This document shows, one piece after another, positions 1 through 14,214 of a stretch of DNA of 64,000 nucleotides. Location: the NCBI RefSeq assembly GCF_009914755.1, contig NC_060930.1. One strand, 5' to 3'. Position numbers and translations under genes: made by a program. The notes beneath the pieces were generated by a model. It saw nothing but the letters and a program-made list of their open reading frames with translations. It was not told the origin of the DNA and ran no database searches. The DNA is from the human T2T-CHM13v2.0 reference genome, Homo sapiens. The number at the start of each line of letters is the position of its first letter. The first letter of the stretch is position 1.

Positions 1-504
1 TCAACTTAATCAAGAAGCAGTTCTAAATTTTTATCAAGCAACCATAGTGAAGAGACATGATAAAGTCAACCCAGTTCTAACCCCACCACTAAAGATTAAG
101 AAGGAAATATTTTAGTATATGAGTTAGGTAACCTGGTTATTAGTCATTTAGGGTATGAAATAGGACTTGGAAAAGGTTATTAAGATTTTGAAGTAATAGA
201 CTGAAACAATCAGACTTGGGAAAGAACACAGATCTCATTTTTCTGGATTAGCTGCATTTGGTTGCTTGCGAGGTGAAGCTTTAGAGGAAAAGGAAAAAGG
301 AAAAGCATTTTGGCAATCAGGTTACATGAATAGCAGGTTTCAGCAGATCTAAGTAGTCCCAGGCAGGCTGGGCCAGAATGTCCTTAGATAATCAAGTGCG
401 GCTTTACTGGTATGGTTATTATCCCAAAGGAGACCTACTAGAACAGGCTCAACTCTGCTGCTGTACAGCATGACCTTTGGTGCTTTCTCTTTTTTATTTC
501 TCCT

Positions 505-745
505 GTAGGAGGCAAGAGCTACAGCTTAATGGATAAGAGCCCATGCTTTGTGGCCAGCCATGCCTGGGTTTGGGTCCTGCTCTGCTACTTACCAGACAGC
601 CCTGTGATTTGAGTTTCACAGCCTCTCTAAGCCTCTGATTCCTGCCTCATAAAAAGGGCATGGTGATCGTGTGATACTTCATAGAGCGAAATGAGCTTAG
701 ACTAAGCACTTAGCCCAGAGCCTGACACAAGGCAAGGATCTAATT
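505..745 (+). mobile_element. MIR SINE (degenerate)
   Basis: MIR core-like cctgggtttgggtcctgctctgctacttacc...ctctctaagcctctgattcc...aagcacttagcccagagcctgacaca. Confidence 0.7.
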
Positions 746-3689
746 CTTTCTAGCTAGTATCTCTTGCAAGGACATCAAGGCCATTTCTTGTTAATCAAAG
801 TGAGCCAGCTGGCATCACGGGTTGGAAATCCCTTAGCAACTGGTTAGCACTCAGTACAAACTCGCTTAAAATTGGTATATTGGCAGTTAGGAAGTTACCA
901 CTAATTCTGTCACACTTAACCATTTCATAATGGTGATCTATTTAGAGCAGTGATTGGAAAACAAGAACTTTAAATTTGGTAAAGAAGCTTTATGTTGCTT
1001 TATTTGTTTCAGAAAAGGACAATACCTGAGTCATGTTCTAAGAAAAACATGAGCATTTTTGAAAGTACCCTATGTGGACTGAATAGTGAAAAAGGAAAGG
1101 CACGTGGAAAAGGACATTATTATTTTAAAATGCTTTGAAATCACATTCAAAGTCGTCAGCTAAGTTTCGTGGTGTTCTGGCCACTGAGGGACTGCCAGGC
1201 TCTGTCTTCCTTTTTTGCCCATAGAGACCCCAGCCCTGCAGTACTGGTAGTGAGGCTCATGGTAGCTCCCACTCACTGGACTCATTCTGTCATTTTCAAA
1301 AGATGTTCAGTTCTTAAAATAAACTGACAATAAATAACAGATCAAGTATCTTATGATCTAAAATAATTCAATGGAAATTTGGAATGAACATAAAACTATA
1401 TAGATCCCCATCTTCCCTGGCTGATTCTCTCAGATTATAAACATATTAAACTTATCCCCAGCCTAAAGTAGCCTGCTTGGGAGTTGGCAGTCTCTCAAGC
1501 TGCCCTTGCCCCCTCTGCTCTCCTCCACAGCCAAGAGTACATAAGAAGTAGTCCTCCCTGACTCTATCCATTTCCTCCACTCCCATTCACTGCTCAACCT
1601 CCTGCAGTTCCCGCTACTCCCTTAAAATTGCTCTCTACCCAGCTAGAGGAGAGCTGGCAGCTCAGAACTTACCATAGGCTTAAAGGAGAAAAACTTGATC
1701 CAGCCCCAGGAGAGCTCTACACTATCCTGGGCTGATATCAAAGGAACGCAACTTTCCAACCCCATCAGTGTTCACCCACTACCAACCCCTGCTCTCCAAG
1801 GCAGGAAGCAGGTGAGCTGAGACAAGGGATGAGATGGAAGCAGTCATCATAAAGGAAAAAAAAAAAAAGTGACAACTCTGGAAGTCACAAAGTTACCAGT
1901 CTCAAGAGGAAATATTGATTATCTTTTATAAAAATTAGCGTTCATTCTCCAAGAACCCATTTGTATTTGGAACAATCTGAATCTCAATTATCTGAGTTCC
2001 TTAAAGCTACAATGATCATATTCACTTAATTTCCATAAATAGATACACTTGTTTGCTTTACAATAGCACCTAGGTTTTCATTAGAGAAATTTCGAGGAAG
2101 CACCCCTCTGTCTTTAATTGGCTTCCTAATTACACTAATTTTATTTGATTGATATATTAGGCTCTGGAGGAAAGGGAAAAGAGGGGAAGAGAGGTCACAA
2201 TACAGTCCTTTATTCTCAGCTCCAGACAGCACAGGAAATCCTCAATTAAACTATACCACTTCCCTCAGCATGCCATAAAACCCATGCATTATATTTAATA
2301 TCTTTAAGCTCATTTATAATAATGGTTTTATGTGATGTGGTGAAGTTAACTCATTCCTTCTAGACTTTCTTTTCATTATTATTGCAGAACAAGGCATGCT
2401 TCTTGTGAAAAAAAAATCAGAAGTTCAGAAGAATAAGTCCTGAAAAATTAAAGTCCCCCGTCCCCCCGCCCCGTCCTCCTTAGGTTTTCTTTAGAAAACT
2501 TCCCTGTGACAATTTCCCTCCATTTGGAGAGGCAGACAAGAGGACATCTCCTCACTCACAGCCAGGACACTGTGCATCTCATATCGTGCTGGGACTTTTT
2601 CTTGACAGGATTGAGGGAGATTCAAAGTTCCCCAAAACCAGAGAGGAACAAATGCATCAACACAGCATCTCAGACCCTGGAGAAAGTCCAGCCGTGGCCA
2701 TGGTTTTGCTGTAGAATGTTTTCTTCTAATGCAAAGTCTGACTTAGAACAATGTCTTCCTTGTGCCTTCCCTTTAAGGAAGGGTTGGCTGGACCCCGACA
2801 ATTAGTAACTTAGGACAAAGCCTTCTGAGTTGGTGGCCCCATAAGGGCCAGAAGGAAGTGGTTTTCCTACAACCTCTGTTCCTCAGCCCGGCCTGGGCCA
2901 CAGCACAGGTGAAGGTTATTGGAGGAAGAGTTGTTTCATCTGGGAGGCTTTTCCTTCCCTTATTATCCACACCTGAGCAGCACACAACCTAGAGGCTCAG
3001 GTGGATCATAGTTGTGGGATGCCTGTTTATTTTGTGGTGAGCATCTGAGAAGCGTCATCCCCACCTCCAGAGACTGCTCAGCTCCCCATGAAGGGGTGGG
3101 CCAGTTCTGTCTAGTTCCTCCACTCTCTTCCCTGCATGGTATCTAGGAGTGGCACTTCCCCCTGAACTAGGAATATCTGACCCTCTGTGTCTCCCTGTGA
3201 AGCCCGTTGAGGTGAGTATTAATGTCTCTGATCTGACCGAGCAGCGCCGGGTTTGCAAGCTCAGCTCCCAAACAGCTTTAAGCTTGTTCCCATCCAGGCA
3301 GAGAAAGGGAGATGTTAGAGAGGCTTGGGACCAAAAATGGAGAAAGAAGGCAGAGGTTCAGGGCAAAACTCTATCCAGAAGTGCTGTTTATTTAGCTGAG
3401 TATTTTCTCTCTCAGAATGATAGATGACTATTGGCGGGGGGCGGGGGAGTGGTGGGCAGGATCCCTGACAAATATACCCTCTTCATATGCCGCCGAAACA
3501 TTCTTGGAGATTGTGCTCTAGGAATCCCCCTGATTCTGTGATTTTCCACGTTTCCGTGACTGCTTGAGGGTAGAATTAGAACAAATGGCTAACAGGATAC
3601 CATTCCTTACAGCTCAATAATGCTGATTGTCTCTGGATTCTGAGTAAGAAGGAAACTGGGAAACATCAGTATCTAAGTACCTCTAGTGA

Positions 3690-3957
<268 letters not shown>

Positions 3958-4117
3958 TAATAATAATGATTACATTGATAAAGATATTATTTTAGCACTA
4001 AATCTGAGGGGAGAAAATTACCGTGAGTTTCAAAATATATTATTTTTGACTACTTCAAAAGATGTTTGAAGTGTTAAAATTATTTTTACAGTTTCTCTTA
4101 CACCCAGAATATTGTAT

Positions 4118-4498
4118 TGTCTTAGTCCATTTGTACTGGGACAAAATATATAGCAAAATACCTGAGACTGGGTAATTTGTAAAGAACAGAAATAAATTTT
4201 CTCATGGTTCTGGAGTCTGGGAAGTCCAAGGTTAAGGCACCAGCAGGTTTGGGTGCCTTGTGAGGGCTGTTCTCTGCTTCCAAGATGACACCTTGTGGCT
4301 GCCTCCTCCAGAGGGAAGTGACACTAAGGTAGAAGAGCAAGCTCCTCAAATGCTGTGTGAAGCCTTTTTTATGAAGGCACCTGATCCCGTTTAGGCAGAA
4401 AAAGTACCCCTGGTCTAACCACCACTTAAAGGTCTCACCTCTTAAACCATCACATTGGCTACACCTGAATTTTGGAGAGGATGCATTCAAATTGTAGC
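4118..4498 (-). mobile_element. MaLR solo LTR (MST/MLT1A-like)
   Basis: tgtcttagtccattt...aaaatacctgagactgggtaattt...ttctggagtctgggaagtccaag MaLR signature. Confidence 0.85.
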
Positions 4499-4719
4499 CC
4501 TGATCTGTAGGAATCAGATTATTGATATCATGTCTAAGCGGCCCATTGAAAAAGTGGTAGACATTTATCTTTCTTGTGCTCTTTCGTAGTCTAAGTGCAC
4601 GTTGTACATAATGAATACTCAATAAATAATGACCAGACCTCTTAGACCTGATTTATTAGTGATTTAAACTTCATAATTTGCTTTTGTGTTTAGAGAAGAA
4701 AGAGAGGAAAAGTTATGCT

Positions 4720-4910
4720 GTTTGGAGAAAGCAGCACTTGAGCTTAAATTCTAGCTCTAACTCAAGTGATTTTGGACAGGTTAGTAAACTCTCTGGGACT
4801 GTATCTGCTTATCAATAAAAGGCAGATAATGATCCTACTATCTCATAGAGTTATTATGAGGACTATGATCACACATGAAAACACCAGCACAGGACATGTT
4901 CTTAGTGTGT
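4720..4910 (+). mobile_element. MIR fragment
   Basis: ttaaattctagctcta...gtgattttggacaggttagtaaactctctggg...ctcatagagttattatgagga. Confidence 0.6.
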
Positions 4911-5034
4911 ACAAAATGCCATTCCCTTCCTTGCCCCTTTACATGGTACAATTGACCTGACATCTACAGGTATTAACAAGAGTTCTAATAAACATTGAGG
5001 CAATATGTTCTTTCCCTGTAAGTGACACTAGAAG

Positions 5035-5275
5035 GATTATATATGTAAGTATATATTCATTCATATGAATATGAATGAATTATATATAAATATATATTAT
5101 GTAAATATATGAATTATATAAAAATATATATTATGTAAATACTATATGAATTATATATATTATATAAATAATATATGAATTATATACTTATTCATATGTA
5201 TTGCATATGAATAAATAGAAACATTTCATTCATGAGTATGAATGATTTATATGAATAAATATATATTCATTCATG
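5035..5275. repeat. AT-rich low-complexity (TATA/TGAA) repeat
   Basis: Degenerate atatatgaattatat / attcat units. Confidence 0.85.
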
Positions 5276-8200
5276 CATCCCTCAGCTCATCCACTGAGCT
5301 TTTTACAAACATTTTCCAAGTACCTATACCTGCCAAACAATAAAGTGAAGCAATGGGGCTTACAAAGAAATATAAAACATGATCCTTCCTTGGAGGAGCA
5401 TCTTATGAATCCTCCTCACTGTCAGCCATCTGATTTTCTACTGTGGAGACAATGGAGAAGTAGACCAAAGATTTGGGGGTAGGGACTGGTAAAGGTAAAA
5501 ACAGAAGAAGTCCACCTTTGTTATATTCTTGAAAGCTGATTGGTATGAAAATGAAGATTTTTGTTAAAAAGTAATAGAACAAAATTATCTTGTTTATAAT
5601 GGAACAGAAAACTGTGGCATCACCTTCTGTCTGCAGGAGTTAAGCAAAGTTGTTATCCTTCAGTTTGAGGAATATACACTGACATTTTCACTGAAGTGAA
5701 TAATGTTTTGCTGTTTGTCCTAGTATAATTTTTTGAGTGTTTCTTTAAATTGTTCTTGTGTGAGTTGACAGATATTTTCCAGGATATAATTACTCGATAT
5801 CATCCAATTCATAAACTCTTCCTTCTCAACAAATGTTCTCATCATTGTGGTGAGTAGCATCACGTCCTTGTACATTTCCTGGGTGTGTTAATATTGAAGG
5901 CAGGATATGCCCAGGCTGGTGGCTTCTTCAGTTTTCTTTATACATTTTTGCTATCTTTTGAGAAAGTCTTTTTGCAGCTTTAAATTTTGGATCAGGAACA
6001 CAGTCTGTACCTTGCTCAGACATACCTGGTGCTGACCTACTACTGAATAAAAAACATTTGGACTTCTGTTTTTGCCTAACTTGGAAAGGGAAAGAGGTAT
6101 TTGTTAGAGTTGTTTCAGAATGCCAAAGGGGATAGCATAAACAAGAATATTCCCCCAAATTCCTTTCTGCTCCCTCTACCACCCCCGCAATGTGGGAGGG
6201 AGCTTGATTCTGACAGCCGTCTGCAGGGAGGAATTTTTAGCCAATCTCACCTGCAGTTATCTGTCACTGTTGGTAGCATGATTTCTGAATAAGGAGATGG
6301 TTCCTTTTTAATGGAAAAAAATTCTTTATATCCCAAACTTGGCATGTATTTTAGTGAGAAAAAGGAAAAAAAAAGTCTGATAATGAAGGCTATAGTTGGT
6401 CTTAAACCCTATTTTTGGCCATAGCACAATCCTAACTGATCCCTAAAGACTGCAGTCCCCAGTAGGCTGCCTTTCCTTTCTGAGAGCCAGTACAGCCCTT
6501 CCAGAAGGTCTCCACTGACTTCGTGCTGGGTGCTAGTGGGGCTAAGGAGTAGCCTTTATGCCACGCTCAGGCTACGGCTGCAGCAGTCCCATGGCCTCTG
6601 GGAAGTACTTGCCTCCTTGCCATTTTTAGTTTTAGTCTCTTGGGTAACCATGCTCCTGCCCCTCAATTTCTTGGTATGGGGGTCTTTGAACAAGGCAGTC
6701 CTATCTGATTTCTCACCCAGTGGTCTGAGATCTCCTTTCCCTTCTTAGGTTCAGAACAAGCGAATAGCCACAATGAAAACATATCAGAAATTAACTTCAG
6801 TTTGTCTCTTGCTCTTGGAGCAAGTGTAGGTGTTAAAATAAAACATGCAAACCAACAAACAGATAAATAATGCATTAAGTTTATTTTCAGTTTTTAAAAA
6901 TCATCAATGATTCTGTATTTTTTTTGTCAATGAAGACAATTTTGAGAGATTTCATCTGCAAAGCAGACTGCATCCTGCATTAATTTTTACCCCCTACTCA
7001 GGTTTCTCTTCCTATCACACAAATATATCCCCTTTTACTATAGTAATGAGTGTTTTCTGTTCTTCTTACTTAACAATAAAAGTAACAAGCCACTAGAGCA
7101 TTCAACAGCACAATGTAGTAAACAGTAACTTGCTAAGTTAATAAAGTTCCAACCAAAAATAAAGAACTTGACAATTTTATTGCTCTGTGAAGTCTTATGG
7201 TTTCAATTTAGCTTTTGAGAATTGTAAAATTGCTCTAGAAACTGCTCCCCCACCCCCCCGCCGCATTACTGTGGGATCCCTAGTTAGAATTTGTCAAAAT
7301 GGATTTAGGCTTTTACCTTCCCATTTCCTGTAGCAGCTTCAGTTTTCATGGTTTGATGTTCACCGAGTAGTCAGAAAGATACAAACACAATGTCCTGTGA
7401 TCTTAACGCAAGGGTGTTCTATTGCCATCATGTGTATCAGGATTTTTGTACTACATGGCCTGGGACGGAAAGTACAAGAGAAAAGAGGGTCAGGAAGAGA
7501 AGGACCTGAACCAAAAGAATGAGCAAAATTTGACTTCCCCCTATAGATTTTTTCACTCTAAGTGCCATTCACAGAAATTTGGTATCCGTGGAAACCAATG
7601 CGGTACATGCTGAAGTTACATTTTCTCTGCAGATACAAAAGGCTAGCTATCTAAGCTGATGTTATGCTTAGAATTAGCAGAGAGAAAGTGTTTGAGAAAA
7701 GTATAGAATAATTAACTGGATACCTATCATGTGCAGGGAACCATGATTTGTACAATGAAGGATACAAAATATACAAGAAAGGATGATAGATATGGGACAA
7801 TTTATTTCCATGTAGGAATGTTGACAACCTTTAGCATTCTGGCTTTCCTTAAATTTATAATGTTACCTATGAAAATACGAGAAAATGTTCCTGTCACAGA
7901 TTTAGATTATATCCTCTGCTTTGGTAAAAAACAAAATGTTGTCAAACAGAAGATGGAATTTTCCTGAGACTTATTTTATAGTTGAATGATAAACAAGAAA
8001 GATTCCCAGAAATTGAATAAGATCATAACAACCTTGCAGGCTGTTGACCAGAAATGAGGCAAAGCTGGGGACAGAGGGAAACAACTAAGAGAAGCGAGTG
8101 TTTGACAGCATGTTGATTTAATCAGGGGTAAAAGAGCTGCCACCGCAATAAGAAAAGAGTGTGTTCAGAGGAAGAAAGTGTGAGGAACGATTTGGAAACA

Positions 8201-10053
8201 AGAACCCATTCAACGAAGTTGACGTAGGTTATGACCAGGAACGGGAAGTTCATGGCGACTTCTGTGAGTCAGGGGAGGTGCACCCCTGGGCAGGGTAGAT
8301 ATTCACTGTGCTGCAATTCTGCCTTAATTCAAGGGTAAACCATAGAGAAGCCAACTAAAAGTAACTTTGCTTTCTTTACTATCAGTAGAATTGGGTGAGA
8401 GAGTGCTGGCATAGCCTTGGGGAGTGAGCCTGGGTGTCTAGAAAATGGTGAAAAATGAAAGAATTAAAAGCTTAACACTGTTCTAATTGGACTCAGGGAA
8501 TGATATGTTTGGATCAGTTTTACGAGTTAAGAAACTAGATAGTTTCTTACCCCTGCTACATATTCACTGGTCAGCACAAGTGCAATGTGAGTGCTCCTTT
8601 ACTCCCTAGCAAACCCGGAGAAGGTGGTAAAGTCAGGATTGATTGGAAATCCTGCAGCATGGGAAATGTGGGGTTGGTTTGTGGCATGACAACAAGCAGG
8701 CATGGGAGACACTGGGGGAAAAAATAGGCAACGCTAGAGAAAAATGCATCCACGCTTCCAACCTCTTGCTGAAACGTATTCCTAGTTATTCTTTAGTTCT
8801 GAGAATCAAGAACATTTTCTTGTTGACGATGTCTACCTCAATAAATAAGGTGAAAGTACCATCTGAGGCACTTTAAATGCTGCACATGTATGTACGCTAA
8901 ACATTAGAAATAGTTTTCAAGTTACAAAATTAACTTTACATGTGATTCGTTTAACATAATTTAACTCAAACATTTCATTTTAAGTGTTACAAAACACGTC
9001 AGTTTTAGCCAACATGGCAGATCCGCACTATACCCAGGCATGGCCCCTTGCTTCTCTCTTTAAGCATGTGTTCCAGGTTGCCACAATGTGATTGTGAGTC
9101 CGAAGAGAAAAGTCACCCCACAGCTCTGTGGTCTTTGCCAGAAGGATTGTGTAGTGTAAGCGGTAAAATCTCAATCGTTTCTAGGTGGACCGGATAATAT
9201 TTAAAGCTGGTCATCACCCTAGACATGAAGCACAAGATGCAGACATTTGTTCTATTTCTTAAATGATTGGTTAAAGCCATTTCAGAATGTTAAGATGAGA
9301 GATCTGAGGTAAATAAACTGTCTCTGCTAAGTATCTGTTTCTCAGGGAGTGTTGGTAAATAAGTATTTGGTTTGCTATCACTAGAAGCTCCTATTTTTCA
9401 TTTTACTGTCTACACCCAACTACACCAACTCTGCGTATATTTTAATTGTTCTTCCAAGGTCCCCAAAAGAAATATAATGAGGGAAGTTCCTGCTGCTAGC
9501 AACCCTCTCTGAGACATAATGTCTTCTAGCTCTTCTTTAATGCTAGGTGCAGCATCTGTTTTACTGCCCTGCCCATCAAAATCTTTTTCCTTTTGCAAAA
9601 GAAAAGCCTCATGTCTTGATCATTCAATAAAGTGTCCATTTTCTTTCCCTTGAGTTCACATAATCTGCCCGGTTTAACTGCTGGGTTATTGGGTATGTTG
9701 TTGTAAGGACCCCCTTTTAGTCTCTTTGAATTACATGTTTGACTTATACATAACTTCTCCAGCAATCTCTTTTCCTCATCAATTCAGTCATTAGACAACT
9801 ATATATTGATGGTCTATTACATGCCAGGTACTGTGCTAGGTGTTGGGAACACACTGCACAGCTTTTTAAGTTTGGTCCAGTGGCCTCAAAAAGCTTACTA
9901 CCTAATAGTGGCCTGTTACTGAATTCTTGAGAAGTATTTGGATGGCTATGTATGTGCTTTCTGAAAATACAGGTAAAGTATTTCCCTACTCACTAGAAGA
10001 CTCCTAAAAAACAATGTGTGAGTTAAACTTCTGTTAAGTGGAATTCAGGTTTT

Positions 10054-10304
10054 TTTTTTTTGTTTTTTGAGACGGAGTCTTGCTGTCGCCCAGGTTGGAG
10101 TACAGTGGTGCGATCTTGGCTCACTGCGGGCTTTGCCCACCGGGGTTCTCGCCATTCTCCTGCCTCAGCCTCCCAAGTAGCTGGGACTACAGGCACCCGC
10201 CACCTCGCCCGGCTAATTTTTTGTGTTTTTAGTAGAGACAGGGTTTCACCGTGTTAGCCAGGATGGTCTCGATCTCCTGACCTCGTGATCTGCCTGCCTC
10301 GGCC
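10054..10304 (-). mobile_element. AluY-lineage element, slightly 5'-truncated, 15-bp TSD TGGAATTCAGGTTTT
   Basis: gtgttagccaggatggtctcgatctcctgacctcgtgatc is AluY-type. TSD copies at 10039-10053 and 10305-10319. Confidence 0.92.
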
Positions 10305-10797
10305 TGGAATTCAGGTTTTAAATGCTGTATACAGCTTGCTATTTTAGAGCCTCCTGCAAAGTTAATAAGCAAACTCTGATTTTTAATATGAATTTTAACT
10401 TTAGCACTGATACATTTTCTTAATGTTGATCAATATTATAAGCACTCAAAACTCTCAAACATTTTAAAATGCATAAAACGAAAACCTTTGTAAATGGAAT
10501 CTCTATTTAAATGCACTAAGAGTAAATGCTATTTAAAGGAATCCTGATATAATATTGTAAGGAAAGTGGTTAATCATTAACTTATTTTTTAAATGTGGAC
10601 TTTTATTGTAATTTCTATACTGTAGAAAGCAAAACTTCTAGCAATACAAAAAATGTAACCAATAAGAAAATACAAAATATACTTCGTTATAATAAAAAGA
10701 ACACACGAGTAGTAGGCTACATGAGACCCTTTACCTGTTGTGTTCTGAAGAAGAAACCTTTCCCCAGAGCGTCTGCCTCAGAGTCTATGTTGTGGCA

Positions 10798-11193
10798 TGT
10801 ATTAGTTTGTTGGTGCAGCCATAACAAAATACCCCAGATGAGTGGCTTAAATAACAGAAATTTATTTCCTCACAGTTCTGGAGGCTAGGAATCCAAGATT
10901 AAGATGTCAACAGGATTGATTTCTTCTGAGGCCTCTCTCCTGGGCTTATAGACGGCTGTCTTTTTTTTCTGTCTTCACGTGGCCTTTCTTCTGTGACTGA
11001 CTGTGTCCTAATCTCTTATAAGTGCACCAGTCATATCGGGTTACAGCCCACCTGCATAACCTCATTTTACCTTATTTAATTACATCTTTAAAGACCCTAT
11101 CTCCAAATAAAGTAAGATTCTGAGACACTGGGGGTTAAGACTTCAACATATGCATTTTTTGGTTGAGGGAGGGACATGATACAGCCTATAACA
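10798..11193 (-). mobile_element. Complete MaLR solo LTR (MLT1B-like) with 5-bp TSD TGGCA
   Basis: TG...CA termini; TGGCA at 10793-10797 and 11194-11198; ctcacagttctggaggctagg signature. Confidence 0.88.
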
Positions 11194-12015
11194 TGGCACA
11201 TCTCTAGATTAGAAAATTCCAGTTTGCGAGTAAATAGCCAGAGGAGTCACAATGCAAACTTTTTTTCTCCTATAAAAACTTCAGCATGGATTAGGTTATC
11301 AGATAACTGCTATGTTCAGAATAGGCATTTCTAAAGATTTGTTGATGATATGATGACAGCTCTCACCTTGAAGAGCAGAGGGTAAAGGAATAGAAAATGA
11401 ACCCAGAAAATGGGTGGAAGATGGGGTTGGAAAAATGCCAGAAGGCACTGCTTCAAGAAGGCATGCTCACAGTGGCTGAGTGGAGGGCAGGGGAGGGCTG
11501 CAGATAGCTCCTGAAGCCTGCAGGCTAGCGGGGAGCTCAGTTACACAAGATGAAGGGGGTAACCAAAGCCAGGTTGTGATTTACGAATTTGCCCTGATGG
11601 AGAATATTTGATGATAAGCATTAAATAGCAAAGTTTAGAAGAAGTTTTTTTCTTCTTGTTTTCCAATTGTTCTTTCTATTGGACAGTTTGCCATGATTCT
11701 GAGCTAAATTAGCCCTTTGGAGACATGGTCGTAAGATAGTCTGTTGATCTGGAAAACAGTTTTCATGAAAAATGAGTAGGTGGTAGAAGGAAAAGAGAAA
11801 TAATTTGAAATGCAAAGCACTGTAAATGCATACGAGAAAAATGCAGTAGTAGGGCTGAATAGCTTTTGCTCATCAAATTTTAAGCCATTCATTCTTAATG
11901 TATTTGGTTGTTAATGACATAAGTTACGAATCACAGTAGCCAATAAATATTTGTGAACATTATTTACATTATCATTATGGAATGACTTTTTGGTATGGTA
12001 AATGAGTAACAATTC

Positions 12016-12301
12016 TTTTTTTTTTTTTTTTTTTGAGACAGGGTCTTACTCTGTCACTCAGGCTGAAGTGCAGTGGTTCAATCACAGTTCACTGCAGCCT
12101 CAACTTTCCTGACTCAGCTTCACAAGTACCTGGGACCACAGGCACATGCCACCATGCTCAGCTAATTTATTTTTATTTTTTGTGGAGACAGATTCTTGCT
12201 ATGTCACCCAGACTGGTCCCAAACTCCTGGGCTCAAGTGATCCTCCCGCCTCAGCAATCCCAGAGTGCTGAGATTACAGGTGTGAGCCACCATACCTAGC
12301 C
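12016..12301 (-). mobile_element. AluJ with small internal deletion
   Basis: gagacagggtcttactctg...ctcctgggctcaagtgatcctcccgcctcagc (J-type). Confidence 0.9.
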
Positions 12302-12589
12302 CAGTTCTGTTTTCAAAGGGATTAAAATGTGCTCTGACTGTATCACTATCTTATTGCCAACAGGGAGGAGAATTCAGATGGACAATAGGGTTATAATGAA
12401 GTGGAAAGAAGTTGGTATAAGATACAGCATCAGTTGGCAGAAATGACAAGTTGCTAGATAGACTTGGATGGGTGGCACATGCCAGAGGGTCAGGTCTAGG
12501 ACTAGGTTTGAGAAGAGCATTGTACTGGGAGGAGGGGCTGAGAGCATGAATGATGAACTGCCCCAGCCCCCACTGAGGATGTTAGAGAT

Positions 12590-12720
12590 TAAGTCTGTAT
12601 AATCTTTTGAAAGCCTTAAAAATCCTGAATTTTGAAACTCTGTACTACCCTTCAGAAATCTCACAAAGTCTGAACTCTAAAACCCTGGTCCCAAAGGTTT
12701 TAGATAAGAGGTTATAGACT
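12590..12720. mobile_element. DNA transposon remnant (Tigger4/MER46-like end)
   Basis: ctggtcccaaaggttttagataagagg resembles the MER46/Tigger4 terminus. Recognised from memory only. Confidence 0.4.
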
Positions 12721-12724
12721 TGGA

Positions 12725-13330
12725 CCAGTTTCCATTCCCACCTGCAGTGTACAGTAGTTCCCTTGGCCCCATATTCTCATCCACATTTTTTATAGCCAGA
12801 CTCTCTAAGTTTTATAAAGCTAATGGAGATACATTAATGTACAATTGTGTATCTCATTATTTTTATACAGGTTCAGATTTCTTTCCATTGATCCTTTGTC
12901 TTTTTACTCTATAATATATTTGATCTTACAGGAGACTATGATTTTGATGTTAGCTACTTTGCACATTTTCTTTGTGGCCTTTGCTTTTGTGTCTTTTATA
13001 GGAAGGTCTTTTGCTTTTGATCATTGGTATATCCAATCAAATATTTTCTGACAATTTGACAGTTTTGGTTTTTCATGTTTAAGTCTTTAATTGCAATTTA
13101 TATTTGTATAATGGATTTTGGAATGAATCTAAGTTTAACTTGGTTGGATGTTATATTTTGCAGATGGCTAGCCTTGTTCTAACATCATTTACTAACTAGT
13201 CCATTTCTTCTCCACTCATTAAAATATCAACTTTATCTTTTAAAGTTTTATATACATGATGATTCACTTTTAGACTTTTTTCTGTTCCATTTTTTACAAT
13301 TTATAGATGCCTACACCAATATTGCAATAC
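12725..13330 (-). mobile_element. Old L1M fragments
   Basis: ccagtttccattcccacc..., tttttcatgtttaagtctttaatt, tagacttttttctgttccatt are antisense L1 3'-region motifs. Confidence 0.55.
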
Positions 13331-13728
13331 TTTACAATGTACAGCTATTTAATTGCTGTAAAAGACGTCTTCTTCTATTTTTCTCTAAGCAGATTTAAGA
13401 TTGCTGACTATATTTTACATCGTTTTCCTTGTATACTGTGATACCACATCCTTCTTTTTATCCTCATATGTTGCCACTTCTCGATTTTTTAATAGGCTTC
13501 TCCTCCTTTCAATACTGGTATTCCCTTCAATTTTCCCCCAGACCCTCTTCTCTCCTCACTCTAAGCACACTTCATGAGCTAATGTAGCTTAATTTCACCA
13601 ATATGATGCTACTCAAAACTGTTCTTCTAGCCCAAGTTTCTTTTGTTTTGTTTTGCTAAGTTTCATAGCCACATATCCATCTTCACTTTGATGTTAGGTT
13701 CAAAAGTGAACTTATCATCTGCCATGCC

Positions 13729-13920
13729 TGATATAGTTTAGATATTTGTTCCCTCCACATCGCATGTTGAAATTTAATCCCCAATGTTAGAGGTGGGGCC
13801 TAGTGGGAGGTGTTTGGATCATGGCAGCAGATCTCATGAATAGTTTTGTGACGTCTTTGCAGTAATAAGTTCTTACACTACTCGTTCTTGCAAGAACTGA
13901 TTGTTAAAAAGAGACTGTCA
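13729..13920 (+). mobile_element. 5' half of MST-type MaLR LTR
   Basis: tgatatagtttagatatttg...aatccccaatgttagaggtggggcctagtgggaggtgtttggatcatgg; ends abruptly at an Alu. Confidence 0.85.
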
Positions 13921-14063
13921 GCCATGATGGCGGCACATGCCTGCAGTCTCATCTACTTGGAAAGCCAAGGCAAAAGGATTGTTTGAGCCCAGGATGCAAT
14001 GAGCTATGATCACACCACTGCACTCCAGCCTGGGCAGCAGAGTGAGGCCCTGTCTAAAAAAAA
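13921..14063 (+). mobile_element. AluJ/FRAM-like right arm
   Basis: gcaatgagctatgatcacaccactgcactccagcctgggc plus A-tail. Confidence 0.8.
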
Positions 14064-14085
14064 GGAAATAAAAGAAAATGGTTTT

Positions 14086-14214
14086 GGCCAGGAACAGTGG
14101 CTCACACCTGTAATTCCAGCACTTCAGGAGACCAAGGCAGCAGGATTGCTTGAGGCCAGGAGTTCAAGACCAGCCTGGGCAACATAGCAAGACCCTCTCT
14201 CTCTAAAAAAAAAT
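14086..14214 (+). mobile_element. FLAM/AluJ left arm
   Basis: ggccaggaacagtggctcacacctgtaatt...ggattgcttgaggccaggagttcaagaccagcctgggcaacatagc plus A-tail. Confidence 0.85.

Noticed and set aside
9410-9765. Minus-strand ORFs as a processed pseudogene
   Set aside because: No protein I can recognise; no poly(A) or TSD.
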